Positions 45,501-53,422 of a stretch of 64,000 nucleotides of DNA are shown in pieces. Made by a program: the position numbers and the translations under genes. How positions within the stretch are numbered: the stretch's first letter is position 1; every line of letters begins with the position of its first letter. The DNA is from an uncultured virus (IMG/VR IMGVR_UViG_3300046010_001786) (Duplodnaviria; Heunggongvirae; Uroviricota; Caudoviricetes), in the IMG/VR virus record IMGVR_UViG_3300046010_001786. The stretch is one strand, 5' to 3'. The notes beneath the pieces are model-generated. The model was not told the DNA's origin, did no database searches, and saw only the letters and a program-made list of their open reading frames with translations.

Positions 45501-47705
45501 GTCTATCACCCGCAATGCCATCTTGTCGTCTTCGGTCAAGAAGTCATTGTTCTCAATGCGCTCGATGATGTAGTCAACAGCATTACGAACCTTTGAAAAT
45601 TCATTGGGATCGTAAACATCCTCTGCACGCACGAATACTTTGAGGTCGTCAGGCAGGAAGTCGTTGAGCTGCTCGTCCTCAATCATTTGCTGCAATGGCT
45701 TGCCGCGACCTGTCTTGCTAACAAAACTATTTCGCCGAAGTGTTGCTCCTCGTCCCAGGCCAAAGTCAACACGCTTCAGATCTTCATCGAGCGTTAGCAT
45801 CCCATCTGGCAATGGGCGATCAGCGCCTTCAATCTTTGCAGGCTGAGCTGCTCTACCAGACAACAGATCAGCAAGGTTATTAAATCCCTTGGTGCCCTTG
45901 ATGCGGTTGTACTGAATGTTTAGCGCTCTCTGCTTGTCGCTAATGTCTTTGCGTGCAGTCAGCTCTTCCTCGGACAGGATTGGCTCTTTGCCAAACATCT
46001 TCTCTTCAAAGACTGTCTTTGGACCTTTCGCTGGTAACTCTGGTACAGCCTCGACCTCGGGAGCAGTGACCTCTGGGGGAAGTGTTGGCGGTGTCGTAAG
46101 GGCAATCTTCTCAGCCTCAAAAGTGTTGAGCTTAGCCGCTGCTACGTCAACGGCTTCTTGGCCAACCTTGTTCTTTTTAAACGCTGTCTCGGCCCGTTTC
46201 AGTTCCTGCCGGGCTTTGTTAATGTCCGTTTGTATCTCTTTTGCAGGACGACCAGCAGGTTTAATAACAGGTGGCGTAGGGGGCGTGATCGTACCAGCAG
46301 GGGGAGTAGGAGGCGTGACTGTCCCAGAAGGAGGAGTCGGTGGTGTTGGTGGCGTAACGCTTACGCCCGTAGGAGTTACGGGAGGTGTAACAGCAGGAGG
46401 CACTGTAACATTTGTTACAGTAGGCGCGACACCAGCAATCTGGGCGGCTATGTTATTGGCTTCATCGAAAGTGCCAAATGTTCCACCATCCTGCGTCTGT
46501 CCTGTTGCTGTGTCTATCATCAAGACTTGGAACTGACCGTTCGGAGCCGGGATGATCTGCGTTTCTGTCTGATCTGCGGGGTTTGTATATCCACCCAGGA
46601 TTCCTGCCGACGGTGTAACAGGTGTTACAGGAGGCTGTCCTGCGGGTGGCGTAGTGGGCGCAGCGGCAGTTGGCGCAGCAGATGGGGTAGCAGCGGGCGG
46701 CGTAGTAGTAGGAGCAGCGGCAGGGGTGGTTGGTGTCTGAGGCCCCTTATAAGCATCGATAGCTTCTTTCGTTGTTTGAACAGTAGATCCAAGTCCACCG
46801 CCCACAATCGCCCCTTCTAGCCCCGCTAGAGCAGCCTCTTCTAAATCAAATCCTCTTTGAGTCCCAGCGGTTTCTGCTGAATAGGTACCAAACTCTTCTG
46901 CAAACTCTGTGCCTGCTTGAACCCCAGTCTCTTTGGCAATTCTTCCGGGAGCCGTTTTTCCTGTTACCCCAGCACCAGGCAACAATCTGCCAGTAGCAAA
47001 TTTTTCAAATAATGTTTCAAACGCAGCAGCGCCAGCAGCGGCAGACACATCACCAACCGTGGCTTCGGCTAAAGTCTTCTTGTCATTTTCAACACGTGAC
47101 TTCAGTATCTCGTTGGTTCGTGCGGCAAAGTATGCCGGGGCCATTGAAACCGCAGCCGCCATGTCCGGGATGGAAGTTATTACTCGTTCAGCAATAAACG
47201 GGACGGCGTTTAAAGGATTTTCTGTAAGGTCTTTAAGCTCTGTGCTTGGCGCGTAACCAACGTCTTTCTCGTAGTTCAACGCCTTGTCCGCGAACTTCTT
47301 GCCTACCGTGTCAATTGGAAGTTCAAAGACCTGGTCTTTTGGAAGGCCAGTAAGGTTTGACATCAATTGAGCTAACGTGTCTGGAACTTCTAGTGCAGCA
47401 CCAGCCAACCCAGCAGTTCTGGCCACAGCACCCATCAATGGGTTTTGCGTCTTTACTTCGCCCGGTGCAATTGCCTGCGCTGGTGCAGACTCAGGCAGTA
47501 TTTCTGGCCTTGCCGCACTTAAGAATTTATCTAAGAAGCCCTGCTCTTCTTCTTTTTTAAATGGGTCTGCGATCTGCCACTCGTTATTGACTAGATATGC
47601 GAACTGTCCAGTCTCTGGATTCCGAGCGGTTTGTGACGGAGGAACCCACTGATTATTAACGAGGAACAGCACCTCACCAGTTTGAGGGTTGACTGCTCTC
47701 TGCAT
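39573..47705 (-). CDS. Giant (2710 aa) polyvalent internal virion/ejection protein with JAB/RadC, zincin-like and LPD38-like domains
   Basis: ETFRMFFV...HNHPSGNVEVSKAD...GHIVID (JAB); RHEIMH..E.WA (zincin); VNFNRKG...LYAFFNAAVQG and ENKDWTGKPI (LPD38-like C-terminus). Confidence 0.8.
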   Translation of the reverse strand: MQRAVNPQTGEVLFLVNNQWVPPSQTARNPETGQFAYLVNNEWQIADPFKKEEEQGFLDKFLSAARPEILPESAPAQAIAPGEVKTQNPLMGAVARTAGLAGAALEVPDTLAQLMSNLTGLPKDQVFELPIDTVGKKFADKALNYEKDVGYAPSTELKDLTENPLNAVPFIAERVITSIPDMAAAVSMAPAYFAARTNEILKSRVENDKKTLAEATVGDVSAAAGAAAFETLFEKFATGRLLPGAGVTGKTAPGRIAKETGVQAGTEFAEEFGTYSAETAGTQRGFDLEEAALAGLEGAIVGGGLGSTVQTTKEAIDAYKGPQTPTTPAAAPTTTPPAATPSAAPTAAAPTTPPAGQPPVTPVTPSAGILGGYTNPADQTETQIIPAPNGQFQVLMIDTATGQTQDGGTFGTFDEANNIAAQIAGVAPTVTNVTVPPAVTPPVTPTGVSVTPPTPPTPPSGTVTPPTPPAGTITPPTPPVIKPAGRPAKEIQTDINKARQELKRAETAFKKNKVGQEAVDVAAAKLNTFEAEKIALTTPPTLPPEVTAPEVEAVPELPAKGPKTVFEEKMFGKEPILSEEELTARKDISDKQRALNIQYNRIKGTKGFNNLADLLSGRAAQPAKIEGADRPLPDGMLTLDEDLKRVDFGLGRGATLRRNSFVSKTGRGKPLQQMIEDEQLNDFLPDDLKVFVRAEDVYDPNEFSKVRNAVDYIIERIENNDFLTEDDKMALRVIDEKIENLSKELTLGQINARLAEIAAEERAGEAEGVAPTISEADIGRAETPQIREPSPEERRRAELERDFFSLTPPTPPERTTPPGAQKDLFGVEGLEQVTPEKVTKRKKENAEQLSLFANSQLPPNEDNQAGKTARREAVSTVDALQSTDNPLALALSTDYARRQRVSLVGQKVTGHDDLAVLSQVYRHPRFETFRMFFVNDKNEVVSQLGVTSRLPAAAVAIVGDSSIEYMKKVQEAAVQAGATGVWMLHNHPSGNVEVSKADQSMTKSFTNAFTKLAYKGHIVIDTNKYSVIAPEGYVQTYSKDMGQKELLQKNPLTASEAFHPFEIAKRVDENPESMVVIALGNDFSVTGITTIDNDAFKNKTPEQVTRTLFRLAISQSGGRLLVASRDRDALKKVGPSVEDGIWIKPNGQYERFSQMFSRRTKFLFPDDRPGVVTPDTSKLFDFLRIPKVPSQRGYQYFSWSDMRKLMEEQVTIKVQEPQSDLFGEDAKTIKDLDENLPKAKKKLPPGRSPELAALAELLQEGKVTKEEYDQAVNRFRPIPLYTEPLTPATEEQVVNALSSDKKPKANVSIPDGTKVGLRLDIPAWNNHKTFVVSIHEGRPKVTSPKPGLAIGYRSVALAKNVTFALGNQAKALEIAAGSAKDALQTMEGEYVNVSPSTAFEMAQKAINDPRYVQLGFDPTRHAYFYDRRTTLPVVKADAILQIGNMILARGVEYGSKENFLYNIDTVPQITEQESTMIPSLTRDEIIAQYAALRARRERLVQGVIEGGATVDLQRRLTLVDELSKELKSEIEAGYAPSTSPENFLRRALEAYDKGDLSADVLASIQDAYNKTPWLLNGLRLSVRTPKKPGRSSGNFNPFDRIVTLWNGTSGVEDPSSVRHEIMHSLEQMMTEAQRKVVIDAWQDALKKAVKANKDQPSQEYFSKVLGFLDAPSEATFAAAVQAMPSYEFYQYLNPSEYWAINAETLMKSKLGTAWDRFVKAIKKYFDGLKNVFGFNNKYAVHKVFDQIMRDEPRPMGIQSLTDYVTETGARPVPLENIKTNVFGQPIPKGSWDAPIESKMDNVIYTLQDKQIDTKRVVENIRKAGKQIADRWNPYLQETLFHGRTSKQVQDFLKGDLEPLIKELGAKGLNIEQFEEYLHNRHAEARNKFNAKRDPNMADGGSGILTKDAQAYLAGLTPQQKKVFEDLAKRVDKIVKDTQQILVKTGQESQQTVDSWNKALQNYVPLKREEGEYDITKIGTGVGSGIAVKGPFSRAAVGSSRKVVDILANLAEQRERAIVRGEKLRVSKALYGLVVSNPNPGFWLAYDPEVMKDPQKVRDELNALGLNPADIDNIIKEPVIRSVDAATNRVVERPNKTLLNSEYVIPVRINGKEKYVIFNAQDERAKRMAMALKNLDADNLGRVMGAMQQFTQYFAKINTQYNPIFGAINFLRDVQGAMIQINTTPLAGDKMKILGDTIAALRGIYAEERNRRAGKPPLKGTWSQLWEEFQKEGGQTGFRDQFSRMQERADALQAILDPSSWTKTPLGKVFTANGTLKVPMETARKMAAPLFNWLEDYNQSMENAIRLAAYKAALDKKDAQGNNVFTTEQAANLAKDLTVNFNRKGQIGRQAGALYAFFNAAVQGTTRMAQTMFRFNGKRYELSPLGKKIFWGGIIMGSSQAAMLAAMGFDEDEPPEFVKERNFIIPVSSTTYLTVPMPLGYNVIPNTGRILTEWALSGFKETPKRVASLTGSLLDMFNPLGNAGWSFQTFSPTVGDPLVALFENKDWTGKPIAKEDFSSLSPTPGYTRAKEAASALSKELAYYLNATTGGTDYKPGIISPTPDQIDYLIGQLTGGVGREILKAEQTVTSQFTGEELPIYKVPLVGRFIGETTGISAERNRFYSNLIELNKHENEIKGRIKDRVPTREYLMEFPEARLYGYANQVERNIQKLKKRRDMLIEKDAPKEQVKAVENQMMVQMKRFNDRVRETQQ

Positions 47706-47714
47706 TTTTAATCC

Positions 47715-49259
47715 TTATGGTTGTAATACAAATCCAGGAGGTAAAGCAGGCGGCTTTCCAGTTGTACTTGACGCAGCCCTCGGAGACCCCACGTTCAACA
47801 AATAATCTACTTGCTCTTGTAACCTTTGCCGATCTTTTGGATCCGAAAGGTCAAGCTGCTTACCGTAGTCTGTTGATAATACTTTATTGACAGCCTCTTC
47901 TCTAGTCATCGTGCCAGCGCCAACCGACCACAGTTGAGCAAAGAGTTGCGGGGTAAGCGGAACGTTATTTTTCTTAGCCCAATCTGTTGCGAGCGACCAC
48001 TTTTTCTCAAAGTCTGTCATACGCGTTCCAATCGTGGATCGCGCAACATCTTTTTGAATCTCGCCAGAAAGCATCGTATTGGTAAGGTTTGTTATAGCGC
48101 GATCCCGGCTATCAGCCCTCTTCTCAACGCGATCTCGGGCTTTATCAATTTGCCCTTGAGTGATATTGGCCTTACCCATCGCGGCTTCGTTCTGCTTAAG
48201 CAACAAGTTCTGCTCGGCCAATTGATACTCGCGCTCAGCTTTTTTGATCTCTTTAATATCGGAAGCCAGATTACGCAGCGCAGGTGTAGCGCCCTTGCCA
48301 ATGTTTTCAAAGGCGTTTGGTGACGTACCAGCCATGATTCCAAGGCCGGCCTCTAAGAGACGGAAGTTACGGGCTTCTGTGCGGTCTTTGGCTAATGCCT
48401 CACGTTGCCCAGAAATGTCTTGTCCCATGCGTTTGAGCAAGCCTTCGTCGTAACCAGATCTTTCAAGCAGCTCAGATGTTTGTTTGCCCGCTTGTTCGAC
48501 GGTTGGAACGACATCATCAGGTCTCGGCCCGAACCCTAAAGCATCGGTTAGTCGTGTTGCTTCGCCAACAATAGAGTTAATACCACGTGATGGGGGTATA
48601 GCCGGCTCAGTCATGTCGGGAGCAATACCCAAATCTTTGGGTGGAGGAATAGCTCCAGGAACGCCAACACCTTGTCGTGCAAACTTAGATTGCTCTCGTC
48701 CTGCATCTATAGCGGTGATCCCTGCCTGCATACCAGGAACGCCCTGTCCTTGACGCGAAAACTTCCGCGCCTCTCTATCGGTTAGTTGTGCAATAAGTTG
48801 CTGGCGTCTCTCTGGAGAAGCCTGAGCAATCGCATTACGCAGGAAGTTTGGATTGAAAGAAGGATCGCGCTGCACCATATCTGCTATGGCTTGCTCGATC
48901 ATGTCATCTTCTACCAGCCCCTGGTTCTGGAATCGCTGCACCTGTCCACCATCTTCAAACGCTACGATCCCACCACCAGCAAACTCTGGTGCCTCGATGG
49001 GGAGTTGGTCTATACCACCCTCATCCATCATCTGTTGATTCTGCGCCTGGTCCATGACCTGCTCAGCAATCGTAGGCTCCTGACCTTGTGCCATACGGGC
49101 TGCTGCGGCTGAACGCATCCGCTGCTCAAAGGCGATCTTTTCTTCCAGGAGAGGCACGCCCATGTAGGCCGGGATAGTCCCAGACTGAATGGCCTGCTGT
49201 AGCTGGGGGATGCTGAGCTTTTCTGCCGTATCCAGACGGCTAAGAGCGCTTCCGATCAT
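47715..49259 (-). CDS. Putative internal virion protein
   Basis: Helical, Gln/Ala-rich; FAGGGIVAF motif; in the ejection-protein block. Confidence 0.6.
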   Translation of the reverse strand: MIGSALSRLDTAEKLSIPQLQQAIQSGTIPAYMGVPLLEEKIAFEQRMRSAAAARMAQGQEPTIAEQVMDQAQNQQMMDEGGIDQLPIEAPEFAGGGIVAFEDGGQVQRFQNQGLVEDDMIEQAIADMVQRDPSFNPNFLRNAIAQASPERRQQLIAQLTDREARKFSRQGQGVPGMQAGITAIDAGREQSKFARQGVGVPGAIPPPKDLGIAPDMTEPAIPPSRGINSIVGEATRLTDALGFGPRPDDVVPTVEQAGKQTSELLERSGYDEGLLKRMGQDISGQREALAKDRTEARNFRLLEAGLGIMAGTSPNAFENIGKGATPALRNLASDIKEIKKAEREYQLAEQNLLLKQNEAAMGKANITQGQIDKARDRVEKRADSRDRAITNLTNTMLSGEIQKDVARSTIGTRMTDFEKKWSLATDWAKKNNVPLTPQLFAQLWSVGAGTMTREEAVNKVLSTDYGKQLDLSDPKDRQRLQEQVDYLLNVGSPRAASSTTGKPPALPPGFVLQP

Positions 49260-50794
49260 GCTGCCACCTTTTTCATAGCTTTTTGAAGGGCTAGGGTATC
49301 AATTCCTTCTTCGATCTTACCGCCTGCTTTCTTGCCCTGACCTGAACCTGCTAACTGAGAGAACCCGTATGCGGCTGTACCCAAACCTGCTAGTTGAGAC
49401 ACAGGACTTGGCGCTGCCTGGTATTGAGAGACCGTAGTGACCGGAGTTTGATAACCACGTAACAGAGCGTTGTACGCCGCCAGTTGCTGCTGCGGGTACT
49501 GTTGGGCCATCGCGTAGTTCTGGATAGCCTGGTTGATGATCTGCTGCTCTTGAGACTGCTGCGCTCCGCCAACCTGCTGCTGGAACTGTAACCGCGCAAT
49601 GTCTGCCGCCTGTTGCTGCTGAGCAATATCTGCAAGTGACCGGCCCATCTGGCCCATAAGTCCGTAGCCAGCCTGAGCACCAGATACACCTTGAAGCCCA
49701 ACACCCGCTCCTTGCATACCTGCTTGAGCGCCCTGCATCCCAAGACCATAGAGTTGACCAGCCTGACCAAGTCCACGAAGCCCAGCTTCTTGCCCCGCCA
49801 TCGCCTGGCCGATACCAGATAAGCCAAGTTGACCACCCTGTAGCGCTGTTCCAAGTCCTGCCTGTGCACCCTGGAGACCTTGCATACCAGCCGTGACGCC
49901 AAACTGTTGTGCCTGTTGAGCTTGTTGGAATGCGTTTTGAAGACCTTGGGCCTGGATGTCGCTGAGCTGCTGCTGTAGACCAGCCTCACGCTGCCCTTGG
50001 AGAAGCGCCTGGCGAGCACCACCGTATGTACCCGTGCGGACCGAACCTAGATTCTGACCGAGTTGAGCACGTTGGGCATCATCAATAGCCTTGCGTTTAG
50101 CGATCTCTGTGACGTTCTGTTGGTACGGGGACATGTAGGCTTGCATAGCCCGAGGATCGGTAGCCATACGCTCATAAGTACCGCCCATGCTTGCTGCTTG
50201 ACGAGCGTACTGACGGGCTTCTTCTCCTACATCCCGGCCAAGTTCTTCAGCTCGGAGACCCATGCCACCAATGTCTGCTGCGGTGCGTCCATACATCTGT
50301 GCTTCAGGAGCCATCCCGGCCCCCATCATTCCGTAACCAGCACCAAGTCCACCATACCGCGTACCCATTTGGCCATAGTCATATGCTTGCTGAGCGCTTT
50401 CCATGCCACCCATGCCAGCACCACCAACCATTCCCTGGCCCATACCAAACCCGCCAGGTCGCTGCATCATTCCCGTTTCGTACATCGACTGCTGTTGCAT
50501 CGGGCTAAACGGAGCAAAGTAGTCACGGGGATCGGCACTGTACGGCGTGAAAGGTTTGACGCCTGTGATCTCGTAAGTACCCTCTGGAGTACGCTGAGTC
50601 TGAAATGTCTCTTGCGTCGCAGCACCCAGGAGCGCTTCGGTCTGAGGTCTTAGCCAATCAGGAATTGAAGACTGAGTGACTGTGCTGGTTGTGTGACCGC
50701 CACCACCGCCACCGCTGCCCTCTAAAGTCATGCCGCCAAAGGGGCGCTTCTGAAAAGCCCGCTCGGGCAGCATCGAAAAGTGATCGTATCTCAT
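49256..50794 (-). CDS. Putative internal virion (DNA pilot-like) protein
   Basis: Gly/Gln/Ala-rich; YMSPYQQNV, GTYGGARQA. Confidence 0.65.
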   Translation of the reverse strand: MRYDHFSMLPERAFQKRPFGGMTLEGSGGGGGGHTTSTVTQSSIPDWLRPQTEALLGAATQETFQTQRTPEGTYEITGVKPFTPYSADPRDYFAPFSPMQQQSMYETGMMQRPGGFGMGQGMVGGAGMGGMESAQQAYDYGQMGTRYGGLGAGYGMMGAGMAPEAQMYGRTAADIGGMGLRAEELGRDVGEEARQYARQAASMGGTYERMATDPRAMQAYMSPYQQNVTEIAKRKAIDDAQRAQLGQNLGSVRTGTYGGARQALLQGQREAGLQQQLSDIQAQGLQNAFQQAQQAQQFGVTAGMQGLQGAQAGLGTALQGGQLGLSGIGQAMAGQEAGLRGLGQAGQLYGLGMQGAQAGMQGAGVGLQGVSGAQAGYGLMGQMGRSLADIAQQQQAADIARLQFQQQVGGAQQSQEQQIINQAIQNYAMAQQYPQQQLAAYNALLRGYQTPVTTVSQYQAAPSPVSQLAGLGTAAYGFSQLAGSGQGKKAGGKIEEGIDTLALQKAMKKVAA

Positions 50795-51222
50795 AGTTGT
50801 ACTTCCACTAAAGTAGTTCGTGGCTCAAAGCCGTACCGTTTCCATAAACGCACGATAGATTCTCTACCGTATCCCTGGACTTTTGTCGCCCCGCGCTGCT
50901 TTAGAATCATCTTCAACTGCTCAAACGTGTTTCTGTTTGAAATCAACTTCCCGCCGATAAGAGTGATGAACGCCACTCGGGCCATCGGGTAGTTCGCAAA
51001 AGACACTGTGGCTGCTCCGTGGATCTCTCCTTGTTCATCTACAGCCACCAACAACAACCAGATACCGCTCGTTAAGAATCCTTGGACATGATGTATGTTG
51101 TAACAGTTACTCCACTCCGGCGCATCATTGTCTTTAATCAGGGCATCGATTAAGTAATTGTCTACACGCGGCCATACTTGGGCAATGTAGTTAGGATCAA
51201 CAGCCTGGATAGAAAGATTCAT
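50791..51222 (-). CDS. GNAT-fold-like protein
   Basis: LLVAVDE...GA.T...AFITLIGG...G.TKVQG.GR....RLW.RYGFE. Confidence 0.55.
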   Translation of the reverse strand: MNLSIQAVDPNYIAQVWPRVDNYLIDALIKDNDAPEWSNCYNIHHVQGFLTSGIWLLLVAVDEQGEIHGAATVSFANYPMARVAFITLIGGKLISNRNTFEQLKMILKQRGATKVQGYGRESIVRLWKRYGFEPRTTLVEVQL

Positions 51223-51917
51223 TTTTTCAACAGTGAGTCAATACCTTCTTCTACGCCGCCACCTTTTTTAAACCCACCTCCATCAAAACTTGGCGGAGGA
51301 GCTGCCGCCGCTGCATCTGCTGCCGTTCTAGCATCAACCTGGGTTTGTGTCATATAAGGAATAGGCCGGTACTGTGACTGCATCGGCTGCGGGGAGAGCA
51401 TGGGTTGGAAACGCTGTTGCTGCATTCCACCTTGCAATCTGGACTGTGACATGGGTTCCGACAAAACACTCCTTCTTTCACCGGCAGGCCCAAATATATC
51501 CGCAGCCGGTCTGAACATGTCCTGTTGTTGTGGCATCTGTCTTAACGCCGCTTGTCCCTGATCCGATATATCTGTAGCTGGCCCAAACATTCCTGGCGGC
51601 ATCATGTGCTGATCCATAGGATTGTTACGGAATACGCCTTGCCCAGTCATATCAAAGTTGCTTAGGTCATCAAGTGATCTTTGAGGTTGGCTAAACTTTT
51701 GACCGAACCCCATTCTCTGCGGCATATAGAACCCACCAAAAGGTGCCTGGCCATAACCCATCGGAGAGAACTGTGAGTAGCTCGGTTGATAGATCGGCTG
51801 GTAGAACTGTTGGTTCGGACCATACGGCATGTAGTTCGGCCTACGTGATGCTGTGTAGGGGTCGTATTGAGGAGACTGCTGCATTTGATTTTGAATTGCG
51901 CCTGTTATCCCGCCCAT
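51219..51917 (-). CDS. Low-complexity Gln/Pro/Met-rich putative internal virion protein
   Basis: FKKGG..GIDSL C-terminus shared with neighbours. Confidence 0.55.
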   Translation of the reverse strand: MGGITGAIQNQMQQSPQYDPYTASRRPNYMPYGPNQQFYQPIYQPSYSQFSPMGYGQAPFGGFYMPQRMGFGQKFSQPQRSLDDLSNFDMTGQGVFRNNPMDQHMMPPGMFGPATDISDQGQAALRQMPQQQDMFRPAADIFGPAGERRSVLSEPMSQSRLQGGMQQQRFQPMLSPQPMQSQYRPIPYMTQTQVDARTAADAAAAAPPPSFDGGGFKKGGGVEEGIDSLLKK

Positions 51918-51926
51918 GTCTATCTC

Positions 51927-52877
51927 CTACGCAGGAAGGTACTTGCTGGAGTTGATCTCTTTGCCCTGGCGCTTACTACCAGTACGGGACTTGCGTACCT
52001 TGTCCATCATGGCATAGAGCTTCCGTGCGCCAGCGTCTGTGGATCCATTGCCCAGGCCAGAAACGACATCTGCCGGAACGACAAATTCACCGTCCGCTAA
52101 ACGAGCAGGCTGCTTGGCCCCAATCTTGGCAGGGATGCTGTCAGACATTCCATCGCCCGGCCCTTTCAGTAGACGGCCACCATCGGAGTAAGAACCCAGA
52201 TGACCGCCTTTCATGTAACGCTGTGCTACTGCGGTATCTGCTAGACCACCACTTGCCATCGCCGTGCGATACCTGTCAGGGTTGTAACTGAATCGACTAA
52301 GGGGGCCGCTGTATTCCTCTTCTTCTGGAAGACCGGGCCTGTCATAAGACTGCCCAATCGCCGCCGTCGTTGCGCCCAAACCAGCAGGCATAAGCACGGG
52401 ATTTCTAGCGTAAAAGGAATTGATGGACGGGAAAGTAGGAGACCCTGCCGTGCCCATTTGACTAGCACCAACATCAGACGCTAAGTTTTGAGCCATAGCA
52501 GAATCTGCTGCTACTTGAAAACCTTGGGACGGGGCAAACGATCCCCCAGCCAACATATCTGTTCCGTATCCAGCAGTAGTCGGCGCTGATAGCCCCTGAC
52601 CAAGCCCCATAGTTGCTGACTGAGTAGGAGCGACACTTGCTAAATTGGCGGCTTCCGCTGCCGTTGCAGCCTGAGAACCTGCGTTGATACCTGTTTGTAC
52701 CCCCGTACTTGTCGCCCCGGTAGCAGCACCAGTCCCCGCTCCGGCTATTCCAGCCCCAACGCCACCACCGGCAGCGCCTAAGAGAGCGCCCTTAAGCGGG
52801 TCTCCACCTGTTATTGCAGAAGTACCAGCGCCTGTTACGGCACCAATGATCATCGCCTCGCCTACGCCCGTACCCAT
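51927..52877 (-). CDS. Putative internal virion protein
   Basis: Gly/Ala-rich N-terminus; GPGDGMSDSIPA...LADGEFVVPADVVS..GNGS..AGA..L..MM domain. Confidence 0.65.
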   Translation of the reverse strand: MGTGVGEAMIIGAVTGAGTSAITGGDPLKGALLGAAGGGVGAGIAGAGTGAATGATSTGVQTGINAGSQAATAAEAANLASVAPTQSATMGLGQGLSAPTTAGYGTDMLAGGSFAPSQGFQVAADSAMAQNLASDVGASQMGTAGSPTFPSINSFYARNPVLMPAGLGATTAAIGQSYDRPGLPEEEEYSGPLSRFSYNPDRYRTAMASGGLADTAVAQRYMKGGHLGSYSDGGRLLKGPGDGMSDSIPAKIGAKQPARLADGEFVVPADVVSGLGNGSTDAGARKLYAMMDKVRKSRTGSKRQGKEINSSKYLPA

Positions 52878-52945
52878 AAAATCCTCCTAAATACTTGAAT
52901 TGACATATTATCCGTGAATTAACCATCTCAGGGAAGTGCTGAAAC

Positions 52946-53422
52946 TCAAATCGTGTACCACTGGGTTGTAGTGGTTGCAAACAATTGAACGACCGACCCA
53001 GCGGTCAAAGAGTAAGAATTGTTGGCACCCAAAGCATTAATTTCCGCTCCAGTCGCTGGATATATTTTTAATGTATCTGCCGCATCAGAATTTCGCACTA
53101 AAATCGTTACGCCTGGCACTGCTGTCGGTAACCTTACGCCGTCATTAGTTGCTGTTACTACAGTCACATTGTTGATGCTAGATGTTAACTCCACCGCTGC
53201 GTTCTGCGTAGTTCCTGTTGCAGTAACGCTTGAGCTCACCCCACCTACAAAAAATCCCCCGATAAACTCATCTGCTCGATAAGAGTTTGCCTGTTGAGGG
53301 GTAAGCGAATCTAACTGGTTGAAGTACAACCGTAAAGCATTGATTAACTGATCCATCTGCTGACGGTCATACTGCTCCCGTGGCAGAGGAAGTGCTGGTG
53401 CGCGGAATCCTATAAGGGCCAT
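52946..53422 (-). CDS. Putative tail-associated protein
   Basis: APALP....Y......NALRLYFNQLD N-terminus; beta-rich C-terminus. Confidence 0.55.
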   Translation of the reverse strand: MALIGFRAPALPLPREQYDRQQMDQLINALRLYFNQLDSLTPQQANSYRADEFIGGFFVGGVSSSVTATGTTQNAAVELTSSINNVTVVTATNDGVRLPTAVPGVTILVRNSDAADTLKIYPATGAEINALGANNSYSLTAGSVVQLFATTTTQWYTI

